Shown: positions 50,985-59,626 of the stretch, piece after piece
Layout: every line of letters starts with the position of its first letter
How positions within the stretch are numbered: position 1 is the stretch's first letter
Source: Candidatus Latescibacterota bacterium
Lineage (GTDB): Bacteria > Latescibacterota > UBA2968 > UBA8231
Direction: 5' to 3'
Assembly: GCA_965215195.1 (NCBI GenBank)
Contig: CBDCDC010000002.1
Location: forward strand, 128,001 to 192,000
DNA length: 64,000 nt
Notes under the pieces: generated by a model
The model's database searches: none
Seen by the model: the letters and a program-made list of their open reading frames with translations, nothing else
Told to the model about the DNA's origin: nothing
Made by a program: the position numbers and the translations under genes

Positions 50985-51200
50985 ATGGCGACAAAGTGGA
51001 TGCTCTGCATGGCGTTGGTCGGTTGCGGCCTGAGCGATCCCCAAGGGCCGACCGATCTGCCCAAGGACCCGTGGGAGCGCACCGAGCAGCAGCGGCTGGA
51101 AGCGATTGAGGAAAAGTGTAGCGGCCAGCCTTGGGAGCGCGGGTGGCTCTGTCCGGGCGGCGTGGCCGATGCGGATACAACCAAATCTCAGGGTGGGTAA
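50985..51200 (+). CDS. Small putative lipoprotein
   Basis: GGAGG RBS; MATKWMLCMALVG-C lipobox. Confidence 0.6.
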   Translation: MATKWMLCMALVGCGLSDPQGPTDLPKDPWERTEQQRLEAIEEKCSGQPWERGWLCPGGVADADTTKSQGG

Positions 51201-51212
51201 AGGAGTCTTAGG

Positions 51213-52367
51213 ATGGAAGACAACGTACTACAGGCCGTCGATGAGCAACGCCTCCTTGATACGGCCGAGGAACTGATTGCGGTGCCCAGCCCGACGCTGG
51301 ACGCCGGCGCCGTGGCTGATGCGTTGGCGTCTATATTGGCGGCCGAGGGGTTTGCCGTGGAGCGGCCGCAAGCCGATTGGCCGCAAGCACCGGCCGTGGT
51401 CGCTCGTTTCGACAGCGGGCGGCCCGGGCGGGTGTTGCAATTCGACGGCCACTTGGACACCGTGCATTTGCCCTTTGTGCCGCCCAAAGTGGAGGATGGC
51501 CAGCTTTACGGGTCGGGGGCGTCCGACATGAAGGGGGGAATCGCCGCCTTTGTCGAGGCACTGCGGGCATTGCGGGATGCGGGCGCAGTGACCCAAGGGG
51601 CGGTCTTACTCACGGCCCACGACCACCACGAAGCGCCTTGGGGCGACCGCCGCCAGCTTTTGGCCCTGATCCGCGCAGGGTTCGTGGGCGACGGAGTCAT
51701 GCTGCCGGAGTACTTGGGCGATGTGCTGCCGGTCGCCGGTCGCGGGCTAGCCGTGTTTAGCGTGGACATTGAGCGCGATGGTGCGCCAGTACACGAAGTG
51801 CTGCGGCCCGCCGGGCTGCCGGACGTAGTAGCGGCAGGAGCCGAAGTCGTGTTGCGGCTGAACGCGCTGAACGAGCACCTGCGTGCGCAAACCGCGCCCT
51901 ATGTCGGCAGCGACACCCTGTTTATCGGCCGGATCGAAGGCGGCCAGCTCTACAATCAAGTGCCGGTCCAATGCCGGGTCGAAGGGACTCGCCGCTGGGT
52001 GGCGGCTGGCGCGGGGCCGGCCGCACGCCGCGAAATGGAGGAGCTGCTCGCCGATGTGGCCGCGGCCAGCGGCACCCGCATCCGGCTTGTGGATTGGAAC
52101 ATGCCCGGCGATGCCTTTGCAGTTGATCAAAGCAGCCCGCTGGTGGGCGCGTTCCAGTCCGCGCACACGCAAGTGACCGGGGCACCGCTGCCCTTGGGCG
52201 GCAAGCCCTTCATCGACGACGGCAATGTCTTTATGGCGGCCGGGATTGAGGCCCTAACCCACGGCCCTTGCGCCGCGGGGGCGCATACGACCGCCGAGCA
52301 GGTGGCGGTGGCCGAGTTGGTGCGGGTGGCAAAGGTCTATGCGCTGACCGCGCAGGCGTTTTGCTAA
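51213..52367 (+). CDS. M20/ArgE-DapE family metallohydrolase
   Basis: DGHLDTV, GSGASDMKGG, HGP..GAHT..E. Confidence 0.85.
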   Translation: MEDNVLQAVDEQRLLDTAEELIAVPSPTLDAGAVADALASILAAEGFAVERPQADWPQAPAVVARFDSGRPGRVLQFDGHLDTVHLPFVPPKVEDGQLYGSGASDMKGGIAAFVEALRALRDAGAVTQGAVLLTAHDHHEAPWGDRRQLLALIRAGFVGDGVMLPEYLGDVLPVAGRGLAVFSVDIERDGAPVHEVLRPAGLPDVVAAGAEVVLRLNALNEHLRAQTAPYVGSDTLFIGRIEGGQLYNQVPVQCRVEGTRRWVAAGAGPAARREMEELLADVAAASGTRIRLVDWNMPGDAFAVDQSSPLVGAFQSAHTQVTGAPLPLGGKPFIDDGNVFMAAGIEALTHGPCAAGAHTTAEQVAVAELVRVAKVYALTAQAFC

Positions 52368-53644
52368 GCGGCCTCCATGGCGCGGGCCGCGGCCGTGCCT
52401 TGCTCCTCATCGACGAAGTAGAGGCAGGCCCCGCCCGCGACAAAGAGCACCACGATCGACAAAATCCCCACCCGCGGGCTGCCGGTCAGCACCCCAATCC
52501 AGCCCACCAGCACTGGGCCGATGACCGCGGCGAACTTGCCCAACATGTTGTAAAAGCCGAAAAACTCGGCTGCCCGGTCGCGGGGAATGAGCCGCGAGTA
52601 GAGCGAGCGGCTCAGGGCTTGCACCCCACCTTGGACGAGGCCGATGGCCGCGGCCAAGGCGTAAAACTCCCAAACGGCATCTAGAAAGTAGCCCCACACG
52701 GTTGCCGCAATATAGACGGCTAGGCCGATGAAAATCCCCTTGCGGGTGCCGATGCGCTCGCCGAGCCAGCCAAAGGCAATGGCCGCCGGGAAGCCCACGA
52801 ACTGGGTAATGCCCAAGGCGAGGAGCAGGTCGTCGGTGGCAAGGCCCAGCGACAGGCCGTAGTCAATGGCCATGCGGACGATGGTATCGACGCCGTCGAT
52901 GTATAGCCAATAGCCGATGAGGAAGACAAAGGTCGTGCGTAGCTGCCGAATGTCGCGGCCGGTCGCGATGAGCTGCCGATAGCCGGCCGAGATTGTGCTC
53001 CAGCCGCGCTGAGCGCACACCGGCGGCGATTCCTCGACCCACAAAAAGAGCGGCAGGGAAAAGCCGGCCCACCAAACGGCGACTAGCAAAAAGCACACGC
53101 GCACGGCCGCGCTGGCATCGGCCAAGCCAAAGGTCGTGGGGTGGAGGACCATGGCCACATTGAGCGCAAACAGCAAGCCGCCGCCCAGATAGCCGAGGCT
53201 GTATCCGAGCGCCGAAACCGAGTCGGACTTGTCGCGCCCGGCCACTTCCACGAGCAGCGCATCGTAAAAGGTATTGCCCCCGGAGAAGCCAATGGCGGCC
53301 AAGACATAGACCACAACCGCCAGTTCCCACGCGCCTTGGGCGACCCAGTACAGGCACCCGGTGGCGAGGACTCCTAAGAAGGCAAAGGCAAACAGGAACT
53401 TGCGCCGGGTGCCGCCTTGGTCGGCAATAGCCCCCAAGAAGGGGGCCAGCAGCACGACGATCAGGCTGCTGAGCGAGTTGGCCAGTCCGAGGTGGAAGGT
53501 GCTTTCGGTGACGTCGCTGCCGGTGCTCCAGTAGGACTTGAAAAACACCGGGAAGAAGGCGGCTAGGACCGTGGTGGCAAAGGCCGAGTTGGCCCAGTCG
53601 TACAAGGCCCAGGCGACGATTGGTTTCTTGGCGTTGGTAGGCAT
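52364..53644 (-). CDS. MFS transporter (UMF1/Atg22 family)
   Basis: WALYDWANSAF, LGAIAD, GYLGG, GGVQALSRS, FFGFY. Confidence 0.9.
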   Translation of the reverse strand: MPTNAKKPIVAWALYDWANSAFATTVLAAFFPVFFKSYWSTGSDVTESTFHLGLANSLSSLIVVLLAPFLGAIADQGGTRRKFLFAFAFLGVLATGCLYWVAQGAWELAVVVYVLAAIGFSGGNTFYDALLVEVAGRDKSDSVSALGYSLGYLGGGLLFALNVAMVLHPTTFGLADASAAVRVCFLLVAVWWAGFSLPLFLWVEESPPVCAQRGWSTISAGYRQLIATGRDIRQLRTTFVFLIGYWLYIDGVDTIVRMAIDYGLSLGLATDDLLLALGITQFVGFPAAIAFGWLGERIGTRKGIFIGLAVYIAATVWGYFLDAVWEFYALAAAIGLVQGGVQALSRSLYSRLIPRDRAAEFFGFYNMLGKFAAVIGPVLVGWIGVLTGSPRVGILSIVVLFVAGGACLYFVDEEQGTAAARAMEAA

Positions 53645-53757
53645 GAAAGGTTTTTCGCTAGAAGCCCCTGTGCAACAGACAGTATAAGGCAAAAGGGAGT
53701 TGGTTGCCGCTGGCGTCCGTTATGGATAGCGTAGGGATCAACGAAGGACAATTTCTT

Positions 53758-54774
53758 ATGAACGATGCATGGCTGCGTTTTGACGCGGCGACTAATCCTT
53801 ATGGCCCGTCGCCCAAGGTTCGGGAGGCCATGGCCGCCTTTGCCCGCACCGGCGATTTCAGTCGCTACGGCGAGGAGCGTGCCGAGTCGCTGCGCGGGGA
53901 TTTGGCGGCCCATTGGGGGCTTTCGCCCGAGCACTTCATAGTGTACAACGGGTCTGGGGAAGCGGTGGTGTGGCTTTTTTTAGCGCGGTTGCTGCTAGAG
54001 CAGCAGCGTTTGCTCATCCCGTCTCCGTCGTACGAGCGCTTTGTCGCATTGGGACAGCGGTGTGCGGCCGCAGTGATCCCGGTGCCCCTGCACGAGGCGG
54101 ATTTCGCGCTGGTGCCCGAGCACTTTATCGAGGCCGGCCGGCGGTCTGGGGCGCGGGTGTTGCTGCTGAGCAGCCCCAACAATCCCACCGGCAATCTCCT
54201 GTGCGGCGACGCGGAAATGGCGCGGTTGCTCGATGAGTTGCCCGACTGCTTGTGCATCGTGGATGAGGCGTATGCAGACTATGCCGGCCATAGCTGGGTG
54301 CCTTGGGTGCAAGCGCGGGAAAACTTGGTGGTGTTGCGGACCTTTTCCAAAGCCTACGGCATGGCTGGTTTGCGGGTCGGTTACGCCATTGGGCCTAAAC
54401 CCGTTATCGCCGCCCTGAGTCAGATGCAGGTTCCTTGGGCGGTCAATGCGCTGTCGCTGGTGGCCGCGCAGGCCGCGCTAGCCGACCAGAGGTATGTGTG
54501 CGAGGTCGTCGCCCAGATCCGCAGCGATTGCGCGGCCCTCTACGAGGGGCTGAACGAGCGGCCGTGGTTGCGGGCCTATCCGAGCGCGGCGAATTTCTTC
54601 TGGGTGCGCTGCGAGGAGATCGGCCCACAGCGGCTGCGGGCGGGTTTGGAAAAGCGGCGGATTCGCGCCCGCTGGCGGCAAGACGCGCCCGGGTTTGTGC
54701 GGCTGACATCGCTGCGCCCCCAAGACAACGAGTATTTGTTGGCAACGCTCGACGAGATCGGGCACACAGACTAA
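53758..54774 (+). CDS. Histidinol-phosphate aminotransferase-like PLP enzyme
   Basis: NPYGPSP, NGSGE, PNNPTG, DEAY, RTFSKAYGMAGLRVGY. Confidence 0.85.
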   Translation: MNDAWLRFDAATNPYGPSPKVREAMAAFARTGDFSRYGEERAESLRGDLAAHWGLSPEHFIVYNGSGEAVVWLFLARLLLEQQRLLIPSPSYERFVALGQRCAAAVIPVPLHEADFALVPEHFIEAGRRSGARVLLLSSPNNPTGNLLCGDAEMARLLDELPDCLCIVDEAYADYAGHSWVPWVQARENLVVLRTFSKAYGMAGLRVGYAIGPKPVIAALSQMQVPWAVNALSLVAAQAALADQRYVCEVVAQIRSDCAALYEGLNERPWLRAYPSAANFFWVRCEEIGPQRLRAGLEKRRIRARWRQDAPGFVRLTSLRPQDNEYLLATLDEIGHTD

Positions 54775-54789
54775 CGCGAGAGGAGCATT

Positions 54790-55770
54790 ATGGAATACCG
54801 CAATTTGGGCAAGGCCGGCGTCAAGGTGTCCAAGGTGTGCTTGGGCACGGCTTTTCGCGGCCAAGAGGACGAGGGGGTCTGCATTGAGGTGGTGCAGCGG
54901 GCCTTGGATATGGGCTGCAATTTCATCGACACGGCCCTGTATGGTGGGGGACGCTCCGAACAGGTGGTGGGCAAGGCCATCAAGGGGCGGCGCGAGGAAG
55001 TGGTGCTGACCACTAAAATTTTTGGCACCTTGGGCCATAGCCCCAATCACGTGGGGCTGTCGCGGGTCAATCTGCTGCGCGGCATTGAGGCGTCGCTCCA
55101 GCGGCTACAGACCGATTACGTGGATCTGTACTTGCTGCACAGCTTCGATCCGGTCACGCCGCTGGAGGAGACCTTGGGTGCGCTCGACGACATTGTGCGG
55201 CAGGGCAAGGCGCGCTACGTGGGGTGCTCTAACTTTCCGCCGTGGAAGATCGTCGAGGCCCTGTGGATTTCCCAGCGCGAGCGCATGGCCTCCTTTGCCT
55301 GTATCCAGAATCAGTACAATCTGCTCAACCGCTGGGAAATGGAGCCCGAGCTAATGCCCATCTGCCGTCAGTTCGGCTTGGGCATTATGACCTACAGCCC
55401 ACTGGCCATTGGCCTGCTGTCGGGCCGCTTCCGCCGCGGGCAAGCACCGCCCCCGGGGACGCCGTGGAGCACGGGCGAGTTGCGCGGCATGAGTCCGGGT
55501 AAATACAACTTTGCCGCGGCCATGACCGAGCGGGTCGATACCATCGTCCAGACGCTGATCGATATCGGGGCGCAGCACGGCAAGACCCCAGCGCAGGTGG
55601 CCATTGCTTGGATTTTGGATCACCCCGAGATCAGCTCCCCCATTTTGGGGGCCGACGAGCCGGTGCACGTCGAAGAGATCTTCGCCGGTTTGGACTGGTC
55701 CTTGGCAGCGGAAGAGCGGGCTTTGCTGGACGAGGTCTCCGAGGTGAAAGGGCCGCAGAAGTACGCCTGA
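54790..55770 (+). CDS. Aldo/keto reductase
   Basis: IDTA.YG, SLQRLQTDYVDLY, GKARYVGCSN, YSPLA.GLLSG. Confidence 0.93.
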   Translation: MEYRNLGKAGVKVSKVCLGTAFRGQEDEGVCIEVVQRALDMGCNFIDTALYGGGRSEQVVGKAIKGRREEVVLTTKIFGTLGHSPNHVGLSRVNLLRGIEASLQRLQTDYVDLYLLHSFDPVTPLEETLGALDDIVRQGKARYVGCSNFPPWKIVEALWISQRERMASFACIQNQYNLLNRWEMEPELMPICRQFGLGIMTYSPLAIGLLSGRFRRGQAPPPGTPWSTGELRGMSPGKYNFAAAMTERVDTIVQTLIDIGAQHGKTPAQVAIAWILDHPEISSPILGADEPVHVEEIFAGLDWSLAAEERALLDEVSEVKGPQKYA

Positions 55771-55782
55771 AGGAGGGAACCC

Positions 55783-57354
55783 ATGAACAAACGCAGACTG
55801 CCGATCGGCATTCAGACCTTCTGCAAAATTAGGGAAGACGACTGCTACTACGTCGATAAAACCGCCTACATCCGCCGGCTGCTCGACGAGGGCACGCACT
55901 ACTTCCTGTCGCGTCCACGGCGCTTTGGCAAAAGCCTGTTCTTGGACACGCTCAAGGAGGTGTTCGAGGGCAACGAGCCGCTGTTTGAGGGCCTTTACAT
56001 CCACGACCGCTGGGACTGGTCGGTGCGCCATCCGGTGCTGCGGCTCGACTTCAGCAGCGGCAACTATCAAGGGCCGGACGACTTGCGGAAGGAAGTGACG
56101 GCGCAATTAAACGCCTTGGAGGACGAAGCGGAAGTGGTCCCGCGCGACAGCGAAGCGCCCGCCCGTTTCCGCCACTTGATGAAGGTGCTGCACGAGCGCA
56201 GCGGTCAGCGCGTTGCGGTGCTGGTCGATGAGTACGACAAGCCGATCCTCGATGCCCTAGAAGTGCCGGAAATAGCCCGCGCCAACCGCGACTTTCTGCG
56301 CGGCCTGTATTCGACCGTGAAGTTTGCCGACGCGCACATCCGCTTCACGTTCATCACCGGGGTGAGCAAGTTTTCCAAGGTCAGCCTGTTCTCTGGGCTC
56401 AACAATCTGAAGGACATCACCTTAGACCCGCGTTATTCGGCCCTGTGCGGCTACACCGAGGCGGATCTGGATAGCGTGTTCGCGCCGGAACTGCCCGGCT
56501 TGGACCGGGACCAGATCCGCGACTCGTACAACGGCTACCGTTGGGCTTGGACGAGCGCAGCCGAAACGCTCGGCGACGAGAAGGTGTACAACCCTTTCGA
56601 CATCCTCCTGCTGTTCGACAGCCGCGAGTTCGGTGCCTACTGGTTTGAGACCGGCACCCCTAAGTTCTTGGTTGAAACGCTGTTCAAACGCCGCGTCAGT
56701 TCCTTGGCGCTGGACGAGATGGTCGGCAGCCACGAGCTGCTCTCGACCTTCGACGTCGATGACATTGCCACTGAGGCCCTGCTGTTCCAGACCGGCTACC
56801 TGACCATCACCGACGCCGAGGACCTTGGCAGCGAGCGGCTCTATCGCTTGGGCTATCCCAACCGGGAGGTGCGCCAGAGCCTCAACCGCAGTCTGCTGCG
56901 CTACTTGGTGCGCGATGCGACGCGGCAGATGGCCAACAGCGTGCGGCTCTACCGGCTGCTCGAAGCCAACGATTTCGCCGGGCTGGAGACACTGTTCCAC
57001 GCTTTCTTCGCCAGCATTCCCTACGAATGGTATACGAACAATGACATCGCCCATTACGAGGGCTACTACGCCAGCGTGTTCTACTCCTATTTCGCCGGGC
57101 TGGGGCTGGACATTGCGGTGGAGGATAGCAGCAGCCACGGCCGCTTGGACATGGCGGTTCTGTTCAACGGCCGCGTCTATCTGTTCGAGTTCAAGGTGGT
57201 CGAGCTGGCGTCAGCGGGTGCGGCGATGGCGCAGTTGCAGGAGCGGCGGTATGCGGACAAATATCGCGCCTTGGGGCAGCCGATTTACCTGATCGCCGTG
57301 GAGTTCAGCAAGGATGAGCGCAATGTTGCGGCGTTTGACGTGGAGCGGGCGTGA
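55783..57354 (+). CDS. AAA-ATPase-like protein with C-terminal PD-(D/E)XK nuclease domain
   Basis: LPIGIQTF, YYVDKT, RPRRFGKS, VDEYDKP, GRLD..FEFK, QLQERRY. Confidence 0.9.
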   Translation: MNKRRLPIGIQTFCKIREDDCYYVDKTAYIRRLLDEGTHYFLSRPRRFGKSLFLDTLKEVFEGNEPLFEGLYIHDRWDWSVRHPVLRLDFSSGNYQGPDDLRKEVTAQLNALEDEAEVVPRDSEAPARFRHLMKVLHERSGQRVAVLVDEYDKPILDALEVPEIARANRDFLRGLYSTVKFADAHIRFTFITGVSKFSKVSLFSGLNNLKDITLDPRYSALCGYTEADLDSVFAPELPGLDRDQIRDSYNGYRWAWTSAAETLGDEKVYNPFDILLLFDSREFGAYWFETGTPKFLVETLFKRRVSSLALDEMVGSHELLSTFDVDDIATEALLFQTGYLTITDAEDLGSERLYRLGYPNREVRQSLNRSLLRYLVRDATRQMANSVRLYRLLEANDFAGLETLFHAFFASIPYEWYTNNDIAHYEGYYASVFYSYFAGLGLDIAVEDSSSHGRLDMAVLFNGRVYLFEFKVVELASAGAAMAQLQERRYADKYRALGQPIYLIAVEFSKDERNVAAFDVERA

Positions 57355-57393
57355 CAGGCGAAGGATGCCTGACGCACCCGCTGAACCAATGAG

Positions 57394-58344
57394 GTGAATA
57401 TGCTAGACGAACTGTGCAAAATCCGCTATGCTCGCTTCCGCTTGGACATGGCCGCGGTCAGCCGGTTGAAGCTCCCGCCCTACAAGGGATCGACCTTTAG
57501 GGGGGCCTTTGGCCATACCTTCAAGCGGCTGGTTTGCGTCAAGCGGGATATGGACTGTTCTACTTGCCTGATCTGCAACCAGTGCGTGTACTACTACGTT
57601 TTTGAGACCCCGTTCAGTGGCGCGGGGGATGGCCGCGGCTATGCCTTTGCGCCGCATCCTTTTGTAGTTGAACCGCCCGAGGAGACGCGGGAAATCTACG
57701 AGCCGGGGGCCGAGCTGCGGGTCGGACTAGTTTTGGTGGGGCGGGCGCTGGACTACCTGCCCTACTTCATCTACGCGTTTGAGGAAATGGGGCAGCGCGG
57801 GTTGGGGGTCGGGCGCGGCCAAGCTGCTTTGCAGCGGGTAATCGCCCTCGGTCCCGAGCGCGGCGACGAAAGATGCGTGTATCAGGCGGATACTGGACAA
57901 CTGGAGCCGGACTATCCGGTCTGCGTTGGTCCGCCCGGCGGCGCGGCGGTTGGAACGCGGCTGCGGCTGCGGCTGCACACGCCTATCCGTCTCAAGGCCG
58001 AGGGGCGCTATATCCGCCGCCTCGACTTTGCTCCCTTGGTGCGGGCCTTGTTGCGGCGCACTTCGGACTTGGCCCGCTTCCACTGCGGGGCCGAGTTGGC
58101 CTTGGACTATCGGCAGTGGATTGAGCGGGCTGCCGAGGTGCGGCAGGTAGCGGCTGCGGTGCGCTGGCACGACTGGGAGCGGTATTCGCAGCGGCAGGAA
58201 CAGAAGATGAAGTTGGGCGGGTTGGTGGGCGAAGTGGAGTTTGCTGGCGAGTGGGAGCCATTCCTGCCGCTGTTGCGGTTGGGGGCGGATTTGCACGTGG
58301 GCAAGGGGACGGGTTTTGGGCTGGGACGCTATGAGATTTTGTGA
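57394..58344 (+). CDS. cas6: CRISPR RNA processing endoribonuclease Cas6
   Basis: YKGSTFRGAFG, C..C..C..C Zn motif, PHPFV, HVGKGTGFGLG G-loop. Confidence 0.92.
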   Translation: MNMLDELCKIRYARFRLDMAAVSRLKLPPYKGSTFRGAFGHTFKRLVCVKRDMDCSTCLICNQCVYYYVFETPFSGAGDGRGYAFAPHPFVVEPPEETREIYEPGAELRVGLVLVGRALDYLPYFIYAFEEMGQRGLGVGRGQAALQRVIALGPERGDERCVYQADTGQLEPDYPVCVGPPGGAAVGTRLRLRLHTPIRLKAEGRYIRRLDFAPLVRALLRRTSDLARFHCGAELALDYRQWIERAAEVRQVAAAVRWHDWERYSQRQEQKMKLGGLVGEVEFAGEWEPFLPLLRLGADLHVGKGTGFGLGRYEIL

Positions 58345-58720
58345 GGGAGAAGGATGACGACATGCCATAAGCTTTAGGGACGATTTGGCTGCATTGGTTG
58401 CTGCACTCGCTACTGTGGAGATCCATGTGACGCCTGAGATTAAATAACCGCGCTAAAGAAAAAGCCGCCGAGTGGTTTGGTAGTTAATGGACAGTTCGTT
58501 ATATTGTTGATCAATTTAGGAACGACGCTTCGCGCTCATCGACCCGACCGCCGTTCCCAAGCCGAGCAGGGCCGCGAGCCGTTTGTGCAAGGCGAGCACC
58601 ATTGGCTTGACCTATAGGTTTGTGATCCATATTTTGCAGGACAGGAAAGGAACTTTAACATCATGGCCGAACAATCTAAAGCAGCTCCGATGACCAAAGC
58701 CCAGTTCAAGGATAATCGCA

Positions 58721-59617
58721 ATGACCAAGACAAAGTTGAAACTTGAAACCGTGACGCCGATGTTTCTCCATGGTGAGAATCGTACAGAACTCGAACTTCG
58801 GCCACCGCCTTTCAAAGCCCTATTTCGCTATTGGTGGCGAACCGTGCAGGATTGCGATGAAAACTCGCTTAGGGAGGCCGAGGCAAAGCAGGATTGCGAT
58901 GAAAACTCGCTTAGGGAGGCCGAGGCAAAGTTGTTTGGTAGTACAAAAGGTAAAGCACCATTCTCAATTCGTATTTCAGGAACAACGAATCTGGCAAATA
59001 CCAAATGTAAACCGTTGCCACATCGGACTGATAATCGTGGTTTTAAGAGAGATGCTTACAAAGGGGGACAATCATTTGACCTGCATCTAATTACAAATAC
59101 AAAGAACAGTTCAGATGCTTCGACTTATGAACAGATTGCGAAACTCGGTTTTTTGCTCGGCGGCGTCGGCAATCGCTCGCGGCGCGGGTTCGGGTCAATT
59201 CGTGAAAAAGGTTGGAATTTCCCAAGCGTTTGCGATCTAAAAAGGGAGATTTTGGATACACTCAATGCTGTCGCATGTGACACGCGGTTTTGGATAAACG
59301 GCCAAATCATTGAATCGACACTCACCAACTTTCCCGGTTACCCTGTCATTCGATGTATCCATTTTGGTAAACCAACAAGTAACGTTGATAGTCTATTGAA
59401 GAAAATTGGTCAGGCGACTCATGATCACAACAGTGATGCTTTGGGTTATGCAAAAGGACAAAAACGGCTGGCTTCGCCAATTCATGTTCGTATTCAGAAA
59501 GTCGGCAATGAATATGTCCCGGTTGTCACGCGACTTCATCTTGTCACGCGACTTCATCACTCAACTTATATCAGACACAGCAAGCAGAGGGACTTTATTT
59601 GTGCCATCATCACGTAG
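58721..59617 (+). CDS. cmr1: Type III-B RAMP protein Cmr1
   Basis: LETVTPMFLHG, RPP.FK..FRYWWR, LFGS, GGVGNRSRRGFGS, RLASP. Confidence 0.9.
   Translation: MTKTKLKLETVTPMFLHGENRTELELRPPPFKALFRYWWRTVQDCDENSLREAEAKQDCDENSLREAEAKLFGSTKGKAPFSIRISGTTNLANTKCKPLPHRTDNRGFKRDAYKGGQSFDLHLITNTKNSSDASTYEQIAKLGFLLGGVGNRSRRGFGSIREKGWNFPSVCDLKREILDTLNAVACDTRFWINGQIIESTLTNFPGYPVIRCIHFGKPTSNVDSLLKKIGQATHDHNSDALGYAKGQKRLASPIHVRIQKVGNEYVPVVTRLHLVTRLHHSTYIRHSKQRDFICAIIT
58846..58929 (+). repeat. Perfect 42-bp in-frame tandem duplication in cmr1 (QDCDENSLREAEAK x2)
   Basis: Two identical adjacent units, 58846-58887 and 58888-58929. Confidence 0.95.
59523..59558 (+). repeat. Perfect 18-bp in-frame tandem duplication near the cmr1 3' end
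   Basis: TTGTCACGCGACTTCATC x2. Confidence 0.92.
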
Positions 59618-59626
59618 GAGGTTCAC

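Noticed and set aside
58517-58605. Minus-strand fragment MVLALHKRLAA resembling an R-M enzyme C-terminus
   Set aside because: Only about 10 residues; not supportable without a search.
58846-58929. 42-bp direct repeat next to cas6 as a mini CRISPR array
   Set aside because: The units are adjacent with no spacer and lie in frame inside cmr1. No repeat-spacer array was seen anywhere in the window.
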